Translations under genes and position numbers: made by a program
Virus record (IMG/VR): IMGVR_UViG_3300020160_000289
Location: 27,549-91,548 of that record
Direction: 5' to 3' (one strand)
DNA: 64,000 nucleotides
From: a virus
Notes under the pieces: model-generated
The model's database searches: none
The model's input: the letters and a program-made list of their open reading frames with translations, nothing else
What the model was told of the DNA's origin: nothing
Shown here: piece after piece, positions 10,441 to 19,941 of the stretch
Numbering within the stretch: the first letter of the stretch is position 1
Layout: each line of letters opens with the position of its first letter

Positions 10441-12186
10441 TTACCTACTGATGCCGGTTTTTATAACCTTAACCTGTTTAACTGAAGCCTGATTTGCCGT
10501 GAACAACAATCTTACTAGCCCATTTCCACTTATGTTATAATCCACGTCAAACACTCCAACTGCCCCTCCTGTAGTAATAATACCGTATTCTGACTTATAA
10601 ACGTTGCCATCGTTGTCCACTAATACGACTATTTCAACTACGTGAAATTTTGCCCCAGGTCCTACGCCATCAGCTATTTGAATTAAGTTCTTGGAAGTCC
10701 TATAACTCGAAGCAGGAAAACTGTCTATTACCGTAGTACTTGTGTTATTTATGCTGGTACTGCGTGTAAACAGCTGACCGTCTCCAAAACGGATGCTTCC
10801 CGAGACCTGTAATTTGTCTACGCCATTGTCGATCTGTGGGCCTAATAGTAAATTTCCGCTTGATTTTACAACTGCTAGCCTGACGGTGTTGGCAGTATCG
10901 CTGTAAAGTGTTAAACCACCTTCGAATAGATTGGTGCCGCCCTGTCCTGAAAAGTTATTTCCGCCAACTTGCCATGTGTAACTCTGTCCGTTTGTGGCAG
11001 TATTACGCATTCTAAAGTAGACTCTGTCTGTTGCTATGTTACTTTCTAAAGTAATGCTTTTTCCAACAAATAAATCACCGCCAATTCCAACTCCGCCCCA
11101 TACTTGGACGGCTCCAGTTTGCGTACTTGTAGCTAGAGCAGGGTTGTTAACTTTGAATGGAGCAGTAATTGTACCACCATTCCAATATAGATTGTCTAAC
11201 GGAACGCCTTCGGAGAAATATCGTTGAGCAAAAACATCGCCATTAACACCAAGTCCGCCGCCAACTTGTAGTGCTCCAGTAAAGGTACTTGTGGCAGATG
11301 TAAGGTCGTATATTTTTACTGGGCCGCCAATATTCATGTTGCCGCCAATACCTACGCCGCCGGCAACTACTAACGCACCACTATCTGTAGTTGTTGATGT
11401 TTCTGTGCTGGTTAATCTTAGTTTACTAGCCTGAAAAGTTCCAGTTGAAGAAATTTCAGTAAAGAAACCTTTTCCAGGAATTTTAACACCAATGTCAGTT
11501 GCGTTAATTTGTTTATTTGTAATGTCCTGACTTAAGGTATCGCCTACTAATTGAAACCAGTAAACAGGATCTGTATCTAAAATTTCTTGTTCAGTAAACG
11601 TAGTATAATAATATCTACCCTTGTACAGAGTACCGTTAGATACGTAAACTATAGCACCAGATAGTTTAGCAGATGTATTAGCATCTGTTGATCTTGTCCA
11701 AGTTCCGTTTGTGCCAATTCCTAAATTAGAAACTATATAGATACCATTTTCAACAGGATCGTCCTGCTGAGAAACTAAAACACGATCATCTTTTAATAAA
11801 GAAACTCCGTCAACTTCAATAGGAGCACCTCCTACCAAGTCAATCGTTCCGGTAGTTGCGGCTTTTACTGGACCTTTGAACGCAGTAACTGCATTTAATT
11901 GAGGAATGCTTACAGGCCCGTTGATAGTAAATGTTCCGGTCCCGTTTGGATTGTAAACTACATCCCCATTTGGTATTAAGCTCTGTATGAATGTTGCCGT
12001 TGTAGTTGCGCTAAAGTTAATAAATCCTAAACTAGTTGCGTAGGTAGTTTGAGAATTTACTGTAACGATTGTAAAACCAGTAGACGTACTCGGAGTATTA
12101 CCCAACGCAGCCTGAGTTTGTTGTAGTGTAATAAACCCGGTCGGTGATGTAGGGTTTCTAACTGATCCGCTTAATAATATTGCCAC
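10441..12186 (-). CDS. Tail fibre-like structural protein
   Basis: 581 aa, GTG start. VKAATT..DGVSL..DRVLV..Q..ENGIY..WTRSTDA fibre module; same C-terminal domain as 7154..10420. Confidence 0.75.
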   Translation of the reverse strand: MAILLSGSVRNPTSPTGFITLQQTQAALGNTPSTSTGFTIVTVNSQTTYATSLGFINFSATTTATFIQSLIPNGDVVYNPNGTGTFTINGPVSIPQLNAVTAFKGPVKAATTGTIDLVGGAPIEVDGVSLLKDDRVLVSQQDDPVENGIYIVSNLGIGTNGTWTRSTDANTSAKLSGAIVYVSNGTLYKGRYYYTTFTEQEILDTDPVYWFQLVGDTLSQDITNKQINATDIGVKIPGKGFFTEISSTGTFQASKLRLTSTETSTTTDSGALVVAGGVGIGGNMNIGGPVKIYDLTSATSTFTGALQVGGGLGVNGDVFAQRYFSEGVPLDNLYWNGGTITAPFKVNNPALATSTQTGAVQVWGGVGIGGDLFVGKSITLESNIATDRVYFRMRNTATNGQSYTWQVGGNNFSGQGGTNLFEGGLTLYSDTANTVRLAVVKSSGNLLLGPQIDNGVDKLQVSGSIRFGDGQLFTRSTSINNTSTTVIDSFPASSYRTSKNLIQIADGVGPGAKFHVVEIVVLVDNDGNVYKSEYGIITTGGAVGVFDVDYNISGNGLVRLLFTANQASVKQVKVIKTGISR

Positions 12187-12187
12187 G

Positions 12188-15100
12188 TTATGCTCCTACC
12201 ACCAAGATGAACGGTGTCATAGTTGCGTACAAACTCTTTTCAAAGGTTCGTCCAGCAAGTACACCAGTACTCTGACTAATAACTAATGTTGGTCCGATTC
12301 TAAAATCTCCGTTTTGGTCTGTTGATGTAAAGAACACCTTACCGTTATTTAATTGAACCACTTCTTTGTTCTGTTGTGGGTCAGCAGTACCTACTTGAGG
12401 CAGAGCACCGTATTGTGTACCAGCACCTACATACTCAAATAAGTATCCAGACGCTGAAATGTAACTCTGTTGATAGAATCTTACTGTAGCACCATCGATG
12501 AATAATGTTGGGTCTGTTACGTTTTGTTCTAGTCGAACAATGTGATACTGTCCTTTTCGATTAAAGTAACCGTTACCTGTGTTTACAGAATTATAATTTC
12601 CACCGTATATTAAATCGTATCCTACCGCATCAATGATTGCTCCAACATCTCGATAACACTTATCTTTAGGATAATTTGGAGCGTCGGTAAACGCAGTATC
12701 AATATACGCAATAACTTCAGCTTTGATAAAATCTCTATTTGCCAATAGTAAGTCAAATGCGTTGATAACTTGAGTACTTGTACTTGCTACTTGACTAATT
12801 GGTTGTTTTGCTGGTGCTACTCCGGGACCATTGTTAATAATATTTGTAATATTATCTATTTTATCTTGTACTAAGGAAACTTCGATACTAGTTCCAGTTG
12901 ACGCAGATAATACTTGCGGAACTTTAAATTGGTAAGTGTTATCTAATGATGTTCCGGTAATAATATTACCGACTATGGTCTTAATATAGTCATACGCGGC
13001 AGTTGTTTGAGGAATTTGATCGTCAATGGCAGTATCAGCGGCATTAAATCCGTAGTAGTATACGCCGCTGGTAATACTTTGCCTGTTGCCGCCGTGTAAT
13101 AGATCAAAACTTAATGAATCGACTATGTACCCAACATCTCTATAACAAATTTCTCTATCGTAACTAAACTCTTGATTATCTAAATCTATACGAGCAATAA
13201 CTTCATCTTGAATAAATGCTTTATTAGCTCTTAATATATCGTAACTTGCTAGTATATTGGTGCTAGTTGAAACTACTCCGTTTGGAACAATTAAGTCAGT
13301 TACTCCAGTAGTTCCACCTGTCAATATTGACAGAATTAAATCAACATTATTTTGTACTGTTTGAGAAATCTTAACAGTACCCGTAGATAAATTTAACACT
13401 TGTGCTGTAGAAGTTGTAGCATCTACCGGTTCGTTGACTATGACTTTGCCTACTAATTCTTTAATATATCTTATAGCATTTGTAGTTGTTGTTAGTTGTG
13501 AAATTATTTCTCCAGTATAGGCATCTTGGTTCCAGTACTGTAATCCGGCAAACGTGCTTTCAGTTGTACCTTCGTACAACAAATCAAAAGCAATACTATC
13601 GATAATTAAACCAGTGTCTCTCTTACATTTTGTTTTATCATATAAAAATCCAGTGTTGTAAGTGTTATTAATATAGGCAATAGTTTCTGCTCTAATAAAA
13701 TCTCTATTAGCATTTAATAGTTTAACAGCGTTGACAGTAGAAGTGCTGGTGCTTGCTGTTACAGAAATTGATTCTTTAACCGTAACTTCGTCTGGACCGC
13801 GCTCAATAATATTATTAATTAAATTAACATTATTCTTAACTATTTGTGCTTCGACTGTTGTTCCAGTCTGTGTACTAATAACCTGAGTGATTAATGTTTG
13901 TTGTGGGTCCGTAATTAAAGTTCCCGTAACAATATTTTCAACAATACTTTCAATGAAATTATAAGCACTGGTAGTCTGTGGAATTTCTTTAGGTATTGCT
14001 GTGTCTTCTCCGTTATATCCGTAATAGTATACACCGCTTTGAACAGCTTGTTTGTTACCACCGTAGAGTAAATCAACGCTTACGCTGTCGATCATATAAC
14101 CTATATCTCGGAAACATTTTTCTTTGTCGTAAACAAACCCTGTAAAATTACTGTTAATATAAGAAACAATTTCGTCTTGAATAAATGTTCTATTGGCTAA
14201 CAATAAATCAAAAGCATAAGTTGAGTTAATGTCACTGCTCGCAGTTAAACTAATAGAAGTTAATGTTCCGGCAATCGCAGGTCCATTGTTGATAATATTT
14301 GTGATTTTATCAACCTTTGCTTTGGCCTTTGTTATTGTAGTACTATTAGCAGGCAACATATAAGTTATCTGATTTGTAGTATTTCCTGCGCTAGGAATAA
14401 TTTCAACTCCGCTGATAATATTACCAAGTATGTCTTTTAGTCGATTATAAGCGGCTGTAGTTTGGGGAATTTCATTTAAAATAGCTGTAGACGTACTAAT
14501 ATATCCGTAATACAACACTCCGCTCTGAATACTCTGCTTATTGCCGCCGTGTAGTAGATCAAATGCCACACTGTCAATCATGTATCCTGCGTCTCTTTGG
14601 CATTTAGCAGAGTCGTAAGTAAATCCACTTGTCTTAGTAGTTTCAACATAGGCAATAACTTCAGCTATTAGATATTCTTTGTTAGAAAGTAACAAATTAT
14701 AAGCATAGTTTGTATTTGTAGAAGAACGTCTTTTTCCGTTAGGAACAATAATATCAGTGACTCCGTTAGTTCCGGTGTTTAAAATATCAATAATAAAACC
14801 AAAGTTATTTCCAACAACAGCCGATTCGTTTGATGTTGCCACTAATGTTGAAGTAGTTTGTGTAACGGTACTTTGATATCTTGTGCCGCTCTGATTATTA
14901 ACTACAACTTTTTGCGCCAATGAGCTAAGGTATATAATAGCGTTAGTAGTAGTTGTTATTTCGTTGGCAATATTTCCAACATAACTATTTTGATTCCAAT
15001 ATTGGATTCCGGCAAATGTACTTTGACTATCGTTAGTTGACGGATATAATAGATCAAACGCAATACTGTCAACAATTAATCCTGTATCTCTCAAACACTT

Positions 15101-18100
15101 GGCCTGATCATATACAAAGTTAGATGTTTGATCAACATAGGCAACAACTTCATGTTGTAGATATTCCTTATTTGCCTGAAGTAAAGTATATGCCGAAATT
15201 GTTGAAGTGGACGTACTCGCAGTTATTCCGTTTGGTACAATTATGTCTGTTACGCCTTCGGTACCGTTTTCAAGAATAGTTAAGATTACATCAAAATCCT
15301 TCCCTACATTGGCAGCAACAATTGATGTGGAACTAGTTATTGTACTAGTCACTTGAGTAACAGTACTTTGATATCTATATCCAGATGTATTATTACGAAC
15401 AACTTGTTGTGCTAGAGACTTTAAGTAACTAATTGCTCTAGTTGTAGTGGTTTCTTCACCAGGAATAACACTTGCGTTTTGGTTCCAATATTGAAGGCCG
15501 GCAAATGTACTCTGGCTTGTTCCTTGGAATAATAAATCCTGTGCTAGAGAATCAACGATCAGTCCTGTATCTCGACTGCACTTAGCAGGATCGTAACTAA
15601 ATTTACTTGGCCATAGATCGTCAACAAATGCTACAGTTTCTTCTTGGATAAATCTTCTATTCTTATCAAGCAACTTTTTAGCATTTAATATATTGATGTT
15701 AGGGTCAACATATTGTCTAGGTCGAGTAATTTCTGGACTACTAGTAGATCCGTCTTTGATTATATTAGCGATAATGTCAAATTTAGATCCTAGAGATCCG
15801 ACAGCATCGATTCCGCCAGTTAAAGTTGAATCAAATATCTGTGAATACGCAGTTTGATACGTTCCAAGATCGTTGGTAGAATTAATATAGGCAATTACTT
15901 CTTCTTGGATAAATGATCGATTAGCTTGTAAGGCAAGATACGCATTATAATCTTCCGGAATTAACGATTCTGTTAAAGAAACAGGAACCTTAGCGTTGGC
16001 CGCATTGGGTCCGTTGTTAATAATATCAACAATAAGATCAATGCTATCTTGTAATTTTGTTACTTCTGTTATTGTGGCAGTAGAAATATTTGTTATTTGA
16101 GGAACAAAAGTCTGATAAGTAGAAGTTGTTATTCCTTGTACTACATACGGAATTAATTGTCGGATATAATTATAGGCCGCAGTAGTTGCTGGGATCTCAT
16201 TAGCTATCGCAGTTGAAGAAGAATTGTATCCGTAGTAACTAACGCCACTTTGAATAGCCTGTCTGTTACTCGACACATCTCCGTACGGATGTAGCAAATC
16301 AAACGCTACGCTGTCAATCATATACCCTACGTCTCGATAGCAAAGGCCGGCATCGTAAGTAAATCCAGAAGTTTTTGTTGTTTCAACATAGGCAATCGCT
16401 TCTTCTTGGATATATGTTTTATTACCTAATAATAAATTATAAGCCTTTGTTCTTTCTTCTGTTCCTGATATTTCACCGTTAGGAATAATTTTATCAGTTA
16501 CTCCTGCAACTCCATCAACGATGATATCTAATATTACCTCAAAATCATTTCCTACGATTGTAGCGGCTACGATCGAAGCAGGTGGCGGAGAAATATTTTG
16601 TGTAACAGTAGATTGGTAACGAGTTCCTGAGCTAACGCTACCTGTTATATTTTGAACAATTTCTTGTGCTAACTGCTTAACATACCTAATGGCATTAGTA
16701 GTAGTGGTCAGTTCGTTGGCAATGGTGCCAATATACTGATCTTGATTCCAGTATTGAAGACCGCTAAAATTACTCTGACTTAGTTCAGTTGTTGGGTATA
16801 ACAGATCTACGGCAATAGAGTCAATTATTAGTCCAGTGTCTCTCTTACATTTTGCCTGATTATATACTAATCCGGCGACCGGTTCATTTTGTATTACTCG
16901 AAGAGCGAGATTTTTAGCATAGCTAACTGCTAAAGATGTGGTTGTTTCTTGGCCAGGAACAAGTGTCACTTGATTTGTAACAGTTGACGACAATGACTCG
17001 TCGACTATACTTGACAATACTGTATAATATGCGTTACCACAGAAATATAAATTAAAAAACGCATCGTAATTTAAGTCTTGATACCCGGATACTATTGGAC
17101 GGTCTAAAGTTATCGATCTAAAATTGACATCAATTACCTGTGTACCAGTAGTGATATAAGGAATGCCTGTATCTGGATTTACAGAGTTTCCAAAAACATC
17201 AGTCACATAAAGTGTATGACCGACTGCGACGTCAGTTACATCGATATCATTGATAGTGTAACTGTTAGTAACAAGGGTGTTAGTGTTAATTGTGGCAATC
17301 AGGTATCCTGGATATCCTGCTGAATTAACGTAAGGAACCCTATCACCATTGTAATCAAGGTAAGTATCAGGGGCAACAACTTCCATAACTTGCCCGATGT
17401 GTGGACGATCTCTATCGTTAGGAATAAAGACTTCCATTCTTTGTTTGTTTGGCCAAAAACCTAATGGGTAGAAATCACTGTTAGGTACGTTTGTAGGATA
17501 CGCAGGGTTTCTAACAAATCCTGCGAATGCCAATTTGCCTAAACCTTTTGCCGTTAAACAAGTATCACCAAAGTTTGCGTTAGAGTTAGTAATAGAAGCA
17601 ATGCCGCCGTTCTCAACAATAACAGCCTGACTACACATAATAGTAAACACAGAAACTAACTGTGCGTATCCGTTATTAATAATGTGGACTCCGATACCGC
17701 CTTGTGTAACTTGCGTGAACGCATCAAACACAAAAGATTGAATAGGTGATCGTATACTCGGAGCGTTCCCGTCAACTAATGCGCCACCCCCAGACCCTAT
17801 AGGATCAAGTCTACGATCAGCATACTTGTCTCCGTCATTTACAGTCCATGCTGTGGGTATATCAGCATCTAAGAACGGATATACCGAAGTTTCTCCAAAA
17901 TAGATTGTTGCGTTATCGCTAGGACTTACAGTAGGAGAACTTAATGTAATTAAGTATACATTATCTGACACGGTTGTGATCGCAGTTATTGTAGACGCAT
18001 TATTAACGCCATTGGGACTTAGACCAGTTGGATATATTAATCCGTAAAGATCTTCTTTAGGATTTGGAACACTGCTTTCGCCGCTTTGGATGATTGATGA

Positions 18101-19522
18101 AATTAAATTAAAACTTTCAATTATTCTAGTATTAACAACTTGACCGTTGTCTAAATTTAAATTGATAACCTGGAAGGTAGAAGTATCAAATAAATTAGTT
18201 ACAGTATTATTGACAATAATATCTACTGATAAATCTCTAATATAATTAATTGCCGCGATTGTTTGAAATTGTTCTCCGGAAATTAAACTGGTATTCCCGG
18301 ACCAATAGGCTAGCCCTGCTTCGATACTTCTTTTGTTCCCGCCGAATCGAGCGTCACCAGCAACCGCATCAACGATATATCCTACATCGCGATAACACTT
18401 AACTTGATTATATACTAAATCTGGAAATTGATCTTCTACGAATGCAACAGCTTGTGTTTGTAGAAATATCCTATTCTTTTCTAGTAACAACTGAGCATTT
18501 CTATATCCTTCGTTGGCAGCATCATTGACTGCCATACCTACAGAAATAGTACCTGTATATACAGAAACTACAATTTGATTTTGATCTGCTGTCCAGGTTG
18601 ATGTTCCTGCGGCTAACGGAATTTGTATTGTTTGATTTGGGTTAAACATTGTCCCGTCTTTCAACCACGGACCACTTTGATTGGTACAGTTTTGAATGTA
18701 CGGAGAATGATATAAATCTATAGGATTTTCTAAGTTAGGAGGAAACGCACACATGTATGCGCCAGTTGTGTATGTACCTTGACCTCCGGGAGCATATCTT
18801 TCAACACTTCCTCTACGTAGATTACGCATTTGCATTTGTGCAATGTATACACCAGAATTAACATGGAATAAATCTAAATCTTTATTCAATGGTTCAACAA
18901 AAGTAGTTCTTAAGTCATTACCAACCACCGAAGTGTATGCCTTTAGAGGTATTGGGTTATCTTCAAAATAAGTACCTGCGGCAACTCTAATTGTTGTGCC
19001 TTCGGTATACAATGGACTACGAACAGCTCCACTGATTGTTCTACATGCTCTTGTAGAATCAAGCGCAGATCCGTCATTATTATCATTTCCGTTTGGAGTA
19101 ACATATAGGGTCAACGGATTAATTGGAAATGTTCCTAGAGGAATACCGCTTACAGTAAAATCCCCGGTTACCGAACCGTCGCCAGTTACTGCTAAATCTT
19201 GTTCAATGTCTACATCACCTGCTATTTGAACTTTCTGAAATGGTGTTAGTATAATATTTGAGTTAGAGTCTACACCGTTAATTTCAATTTCAGTGCCATT
19301 TTGCGTGGATCTAATAACCTGACTTGTGAAACTTAGTTTACCTAAAGTATTTGTAAAAGTAGCTTTACCACTATCGTCTGTTTGTAACGTATAACCAGTA
19401 TTAGACTCCGGAGCAACGCCGAGCGCAGGCTGAGCATTATCTACTCCTAGATAATCCCATCTATCTGGTTTTAAATTCTCTGGGCGAGGAACCGGTTTTC
19501 TATTACTTAATAAACGTGGCAT
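12188..19522 (-). CDS. Giant beta-helix virion protein with 10 phycobiliprotein-like CxRD repeats
   Basis: 2444 aa. YVTPNGNDNNDG..ACRTISGA..GTYFEDNP beta-helix start; 10 copies of Y(D/N/P)xxxCxRDxGxxxD; paralog of 19942..26514. Confidence 0.8.
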   Translation of the reverse strand: MPRLLSNRKPVPRPENLKPDRWDYLGVDNAQPALGVAPESNTGYTLQTDDSGKATFTNTLGKLSFTSQVIRSTQNGTEIEINGVDSNSNIILTPFQKVQIAGDVDIEQDLAVTGDGSVTGDFTVSGIPLGTFPINPLTLYVTPNGNDNNDGSALDSTRACRTISGAVRSPLYTEGTTIRVAAGTYFEDNPIPLKAYTSVVGNDLRTTFVEPLNKDLDLFHVNSGVYIAQMQMRNLRRGSVERYAPGGQGTYTTGAYMCAFPPNLENPIDLYHSPYIQNCTNQSGPWLKDGTMFNPNQTIQIPLAAGTSTWTADQNQIVVSVYTGTISVGMAVNDAANEGYRNAQLLLEKNRIFLQTQAVAFVEDQFPDLVYNQVKCYRDVGYIVDAVAGDARFGGNKRSIEAGLAYWSGNTSLISGEQFQTIAAINYIRDLSVDIIVNNTVTNLFDTSTFQVINLNLDNGQVVNTRIIESFNLISSIIQSGESSVPNPKEDLYGLIYPTGLSPNGVNNASTITAITTVSDNVYLITLSSPTVSPSDNATIYFGETSVYPFLDADIPTAWTVNDGDKYADRRLDPIGSGGGALVDGNAPSIRSPIQSFVFDAFTQVTQGGIGVHIINNGYAQLVSVFTIMCSQAVIVENGGIASITNSNANFGDTCLTAKGLGKLAFAGFVRNPAYPTNVPNSDFYPLGFWPNKQRMEVFIPNDRDRPHIGQVMEVVAPDTYLDYNGDRVPYVNSAGYPGYLIATINTNTLVTNSYTINDIDVTDVAVGHTLYVTDVFGNSVNPDTGIPYITTGTQVIDVNFRSITLDRPIVSGYQDLNYDAFFNLYFCGNAYYTVLSSIVDESLSSTVTNQVTLVPGQETTTSLAVSYAKNLALRVIQNEPVAGLVYNQAKCKRDTGLIIDSIAVDLLYPTTELSQSNFSGLQYWNQDQYIGTIANELTTTTNAIRYVKQLAQEIVQNITGSVSSGTRYQSTVTQNISPPPASIVAATIVGNDFEVILDIIVDGVAGVTDKIIPNGEISGTEERTKAYNLLLGNKTYIQEEAIAYVETTKTSGFTYDAGLCYRDVGYMIDSVAFDLLHPYGDVSSNRQAIQSGVSYYGYNSSSTAIANEIPATTAAYNYIRQLIPYVVQGITTSTYQTFVPQITNISTATITEVTKLQDSIDLIVDIINNGPNAANAKVPVSLTESLIPEDYNAYLALQANRSFIQEEVIAYINSTNDLGTYQTAYSQIFDSTLTGGIDAVGSLGSKFDIIANIIKDGSTSSPEITRPRQYVDPNINILNAKKLLDKNRRFIQEETVAFVDDLWPSKFSYDPAKCSRDTGLIVDSLAQDLLFQGTSQSTFAGLQYWNQNASVIPGEETTTTRAISYLKSLAQQVVRNNTSGYRYQSTVTQVTSTITSSTSIVAANVGKDFDVILTILENGTEGVTDIIVPNGITASTSTSTISAYTLLQANKEYLQHEVVAYVDQTSNFVYDQAKCLRDTGLIVDSIAFDLLYPSTNDSQSTFAGIQYWNQNSYVGNIANEITTTTNAIIYLSSLAQKVVVNNQSGTRYQSTVTQTTSTLVATSNESAVVGNNFGFIIDILNTGTNGVTDIIVPNGKRRSSTNTNYAYNLLLSNKEYLIAEVIAYVETTKTSGFTYDSAKCQRDAGYMIDSVAFDLLHGGNKQSIQSGVLYYGYISTSTAILNEIPQTTAAYNRLKDILGNIISGVEIIPSAGNTTNQITYMLPANSTTITKAKAKVDKITNIINNGPAIAGTLTSISLTASSDINSTYAFDLLLANRTFIQDEIVSYINSNFTGFVYDKEKCFRDIGYMIDSVSVDLLYGGNKQAVQSGVYYYGYNGEDTAIPKEIPQTTSAYNFIESIVENIVTGTLITDPQQTLITQVISTQTGTTVEAQIVKNNVNLINNIIERGPDEVTVKESISVTASTSTSTVNAVKLLNANRDFIRAETIAYINNTYNTGFLYDKTKCKRDTGLIIDSIAFDLLYEGTTESTFAGLQYWNQDAYTGEIISQLTTTTNAIRYIKELVGKVIVNEPVDATTSTAQVLNLSTGTVKISQTVQNNVDLILSILTGGTTGVTDLIVPNGVVSTSTNILASYDILRANKAFIQDEVIARIDLDNQEFSYDREICYRDVGYIVDSLSFDLLHGGNRQSITSGVYYYGFNAADTAIDDQIPQTTAAYDYIKTIVGNIITGTSLDNTYQFKVPQVLSASTGTSIEVSLVQDKIDNITNIINNGPGVAPAKQPISQVASTSTQVINAFDLLLANRDFIKAEVIAYIDTAFTDAPNYPKDKCYRDVGAIIDAVGYDLIYGGNYNSVNTGNGYFNRKGQYHIVRLEQNVTDPTLFIDGATVRFYQQSYISASGYLFEYVGAGTQYGALPQVGTADPQQNKEVVQLNNGKVFFTSTDQNGDFRIGPTLVISQSTGVLAGRTFEKSLYATMTPFILVVGA

Positions 19523-19543
19523 CGTTTTCTCTTATGTTTTATT

Positions 19544-19930
19544 TTAATTGTTTGCTGTTTCTAACACGCTTAATACAAGTTTACACGAGCCGGCTGCGTC
19601 TGAATAAGCTCTGATACTATCTTGACTTTCGAGAATCATCTTGCCAGTAATTAACGATGCTGAGTCATTGGGCGGAATTGGGAAGTTCATTACCAACTCC
19701 GATGTTGTATTTGGCTCTTGTGCGTTATTACCTTGGGCGTCAGGAAGAACTCTAAATCTTCTATGATGACTGAAAGTAACAGTATGTGTAGCTTGACTAT
19801 CAACGTTGGCCACCTGTGCCATCAAGATAATAGAAGTAACTCCGATTGGTGCTACATAAACAGTAGCAGTAGTATTAGTATCTAAAATCTTTGTCTTTGT
19901 CTTAAACGTGTTTAATGGAATTAATGCCAT
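19544..19930 (-). CDS. Small virion structural protein
   Basis: 128 aa with GGAG SD. TVYVAP..IILMAQVAN..KMILESQDSIRA pattern is similar to 27369..27686. Confidence 0.65.
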   Translation of the reverse strand: MALIPLNTFKTKTKILDTNTTATVYVAPIGVTSIILMAQVANVDSQATHTVTFSHHRRFRVLPDAQGNNAQEPNTTSELVMNFPIPPNDSASLITGKMILESQDSIRAYSDAAGSCKLVLSVLETANN

Positions 19931-19941
19931 GTATTTCTCCT

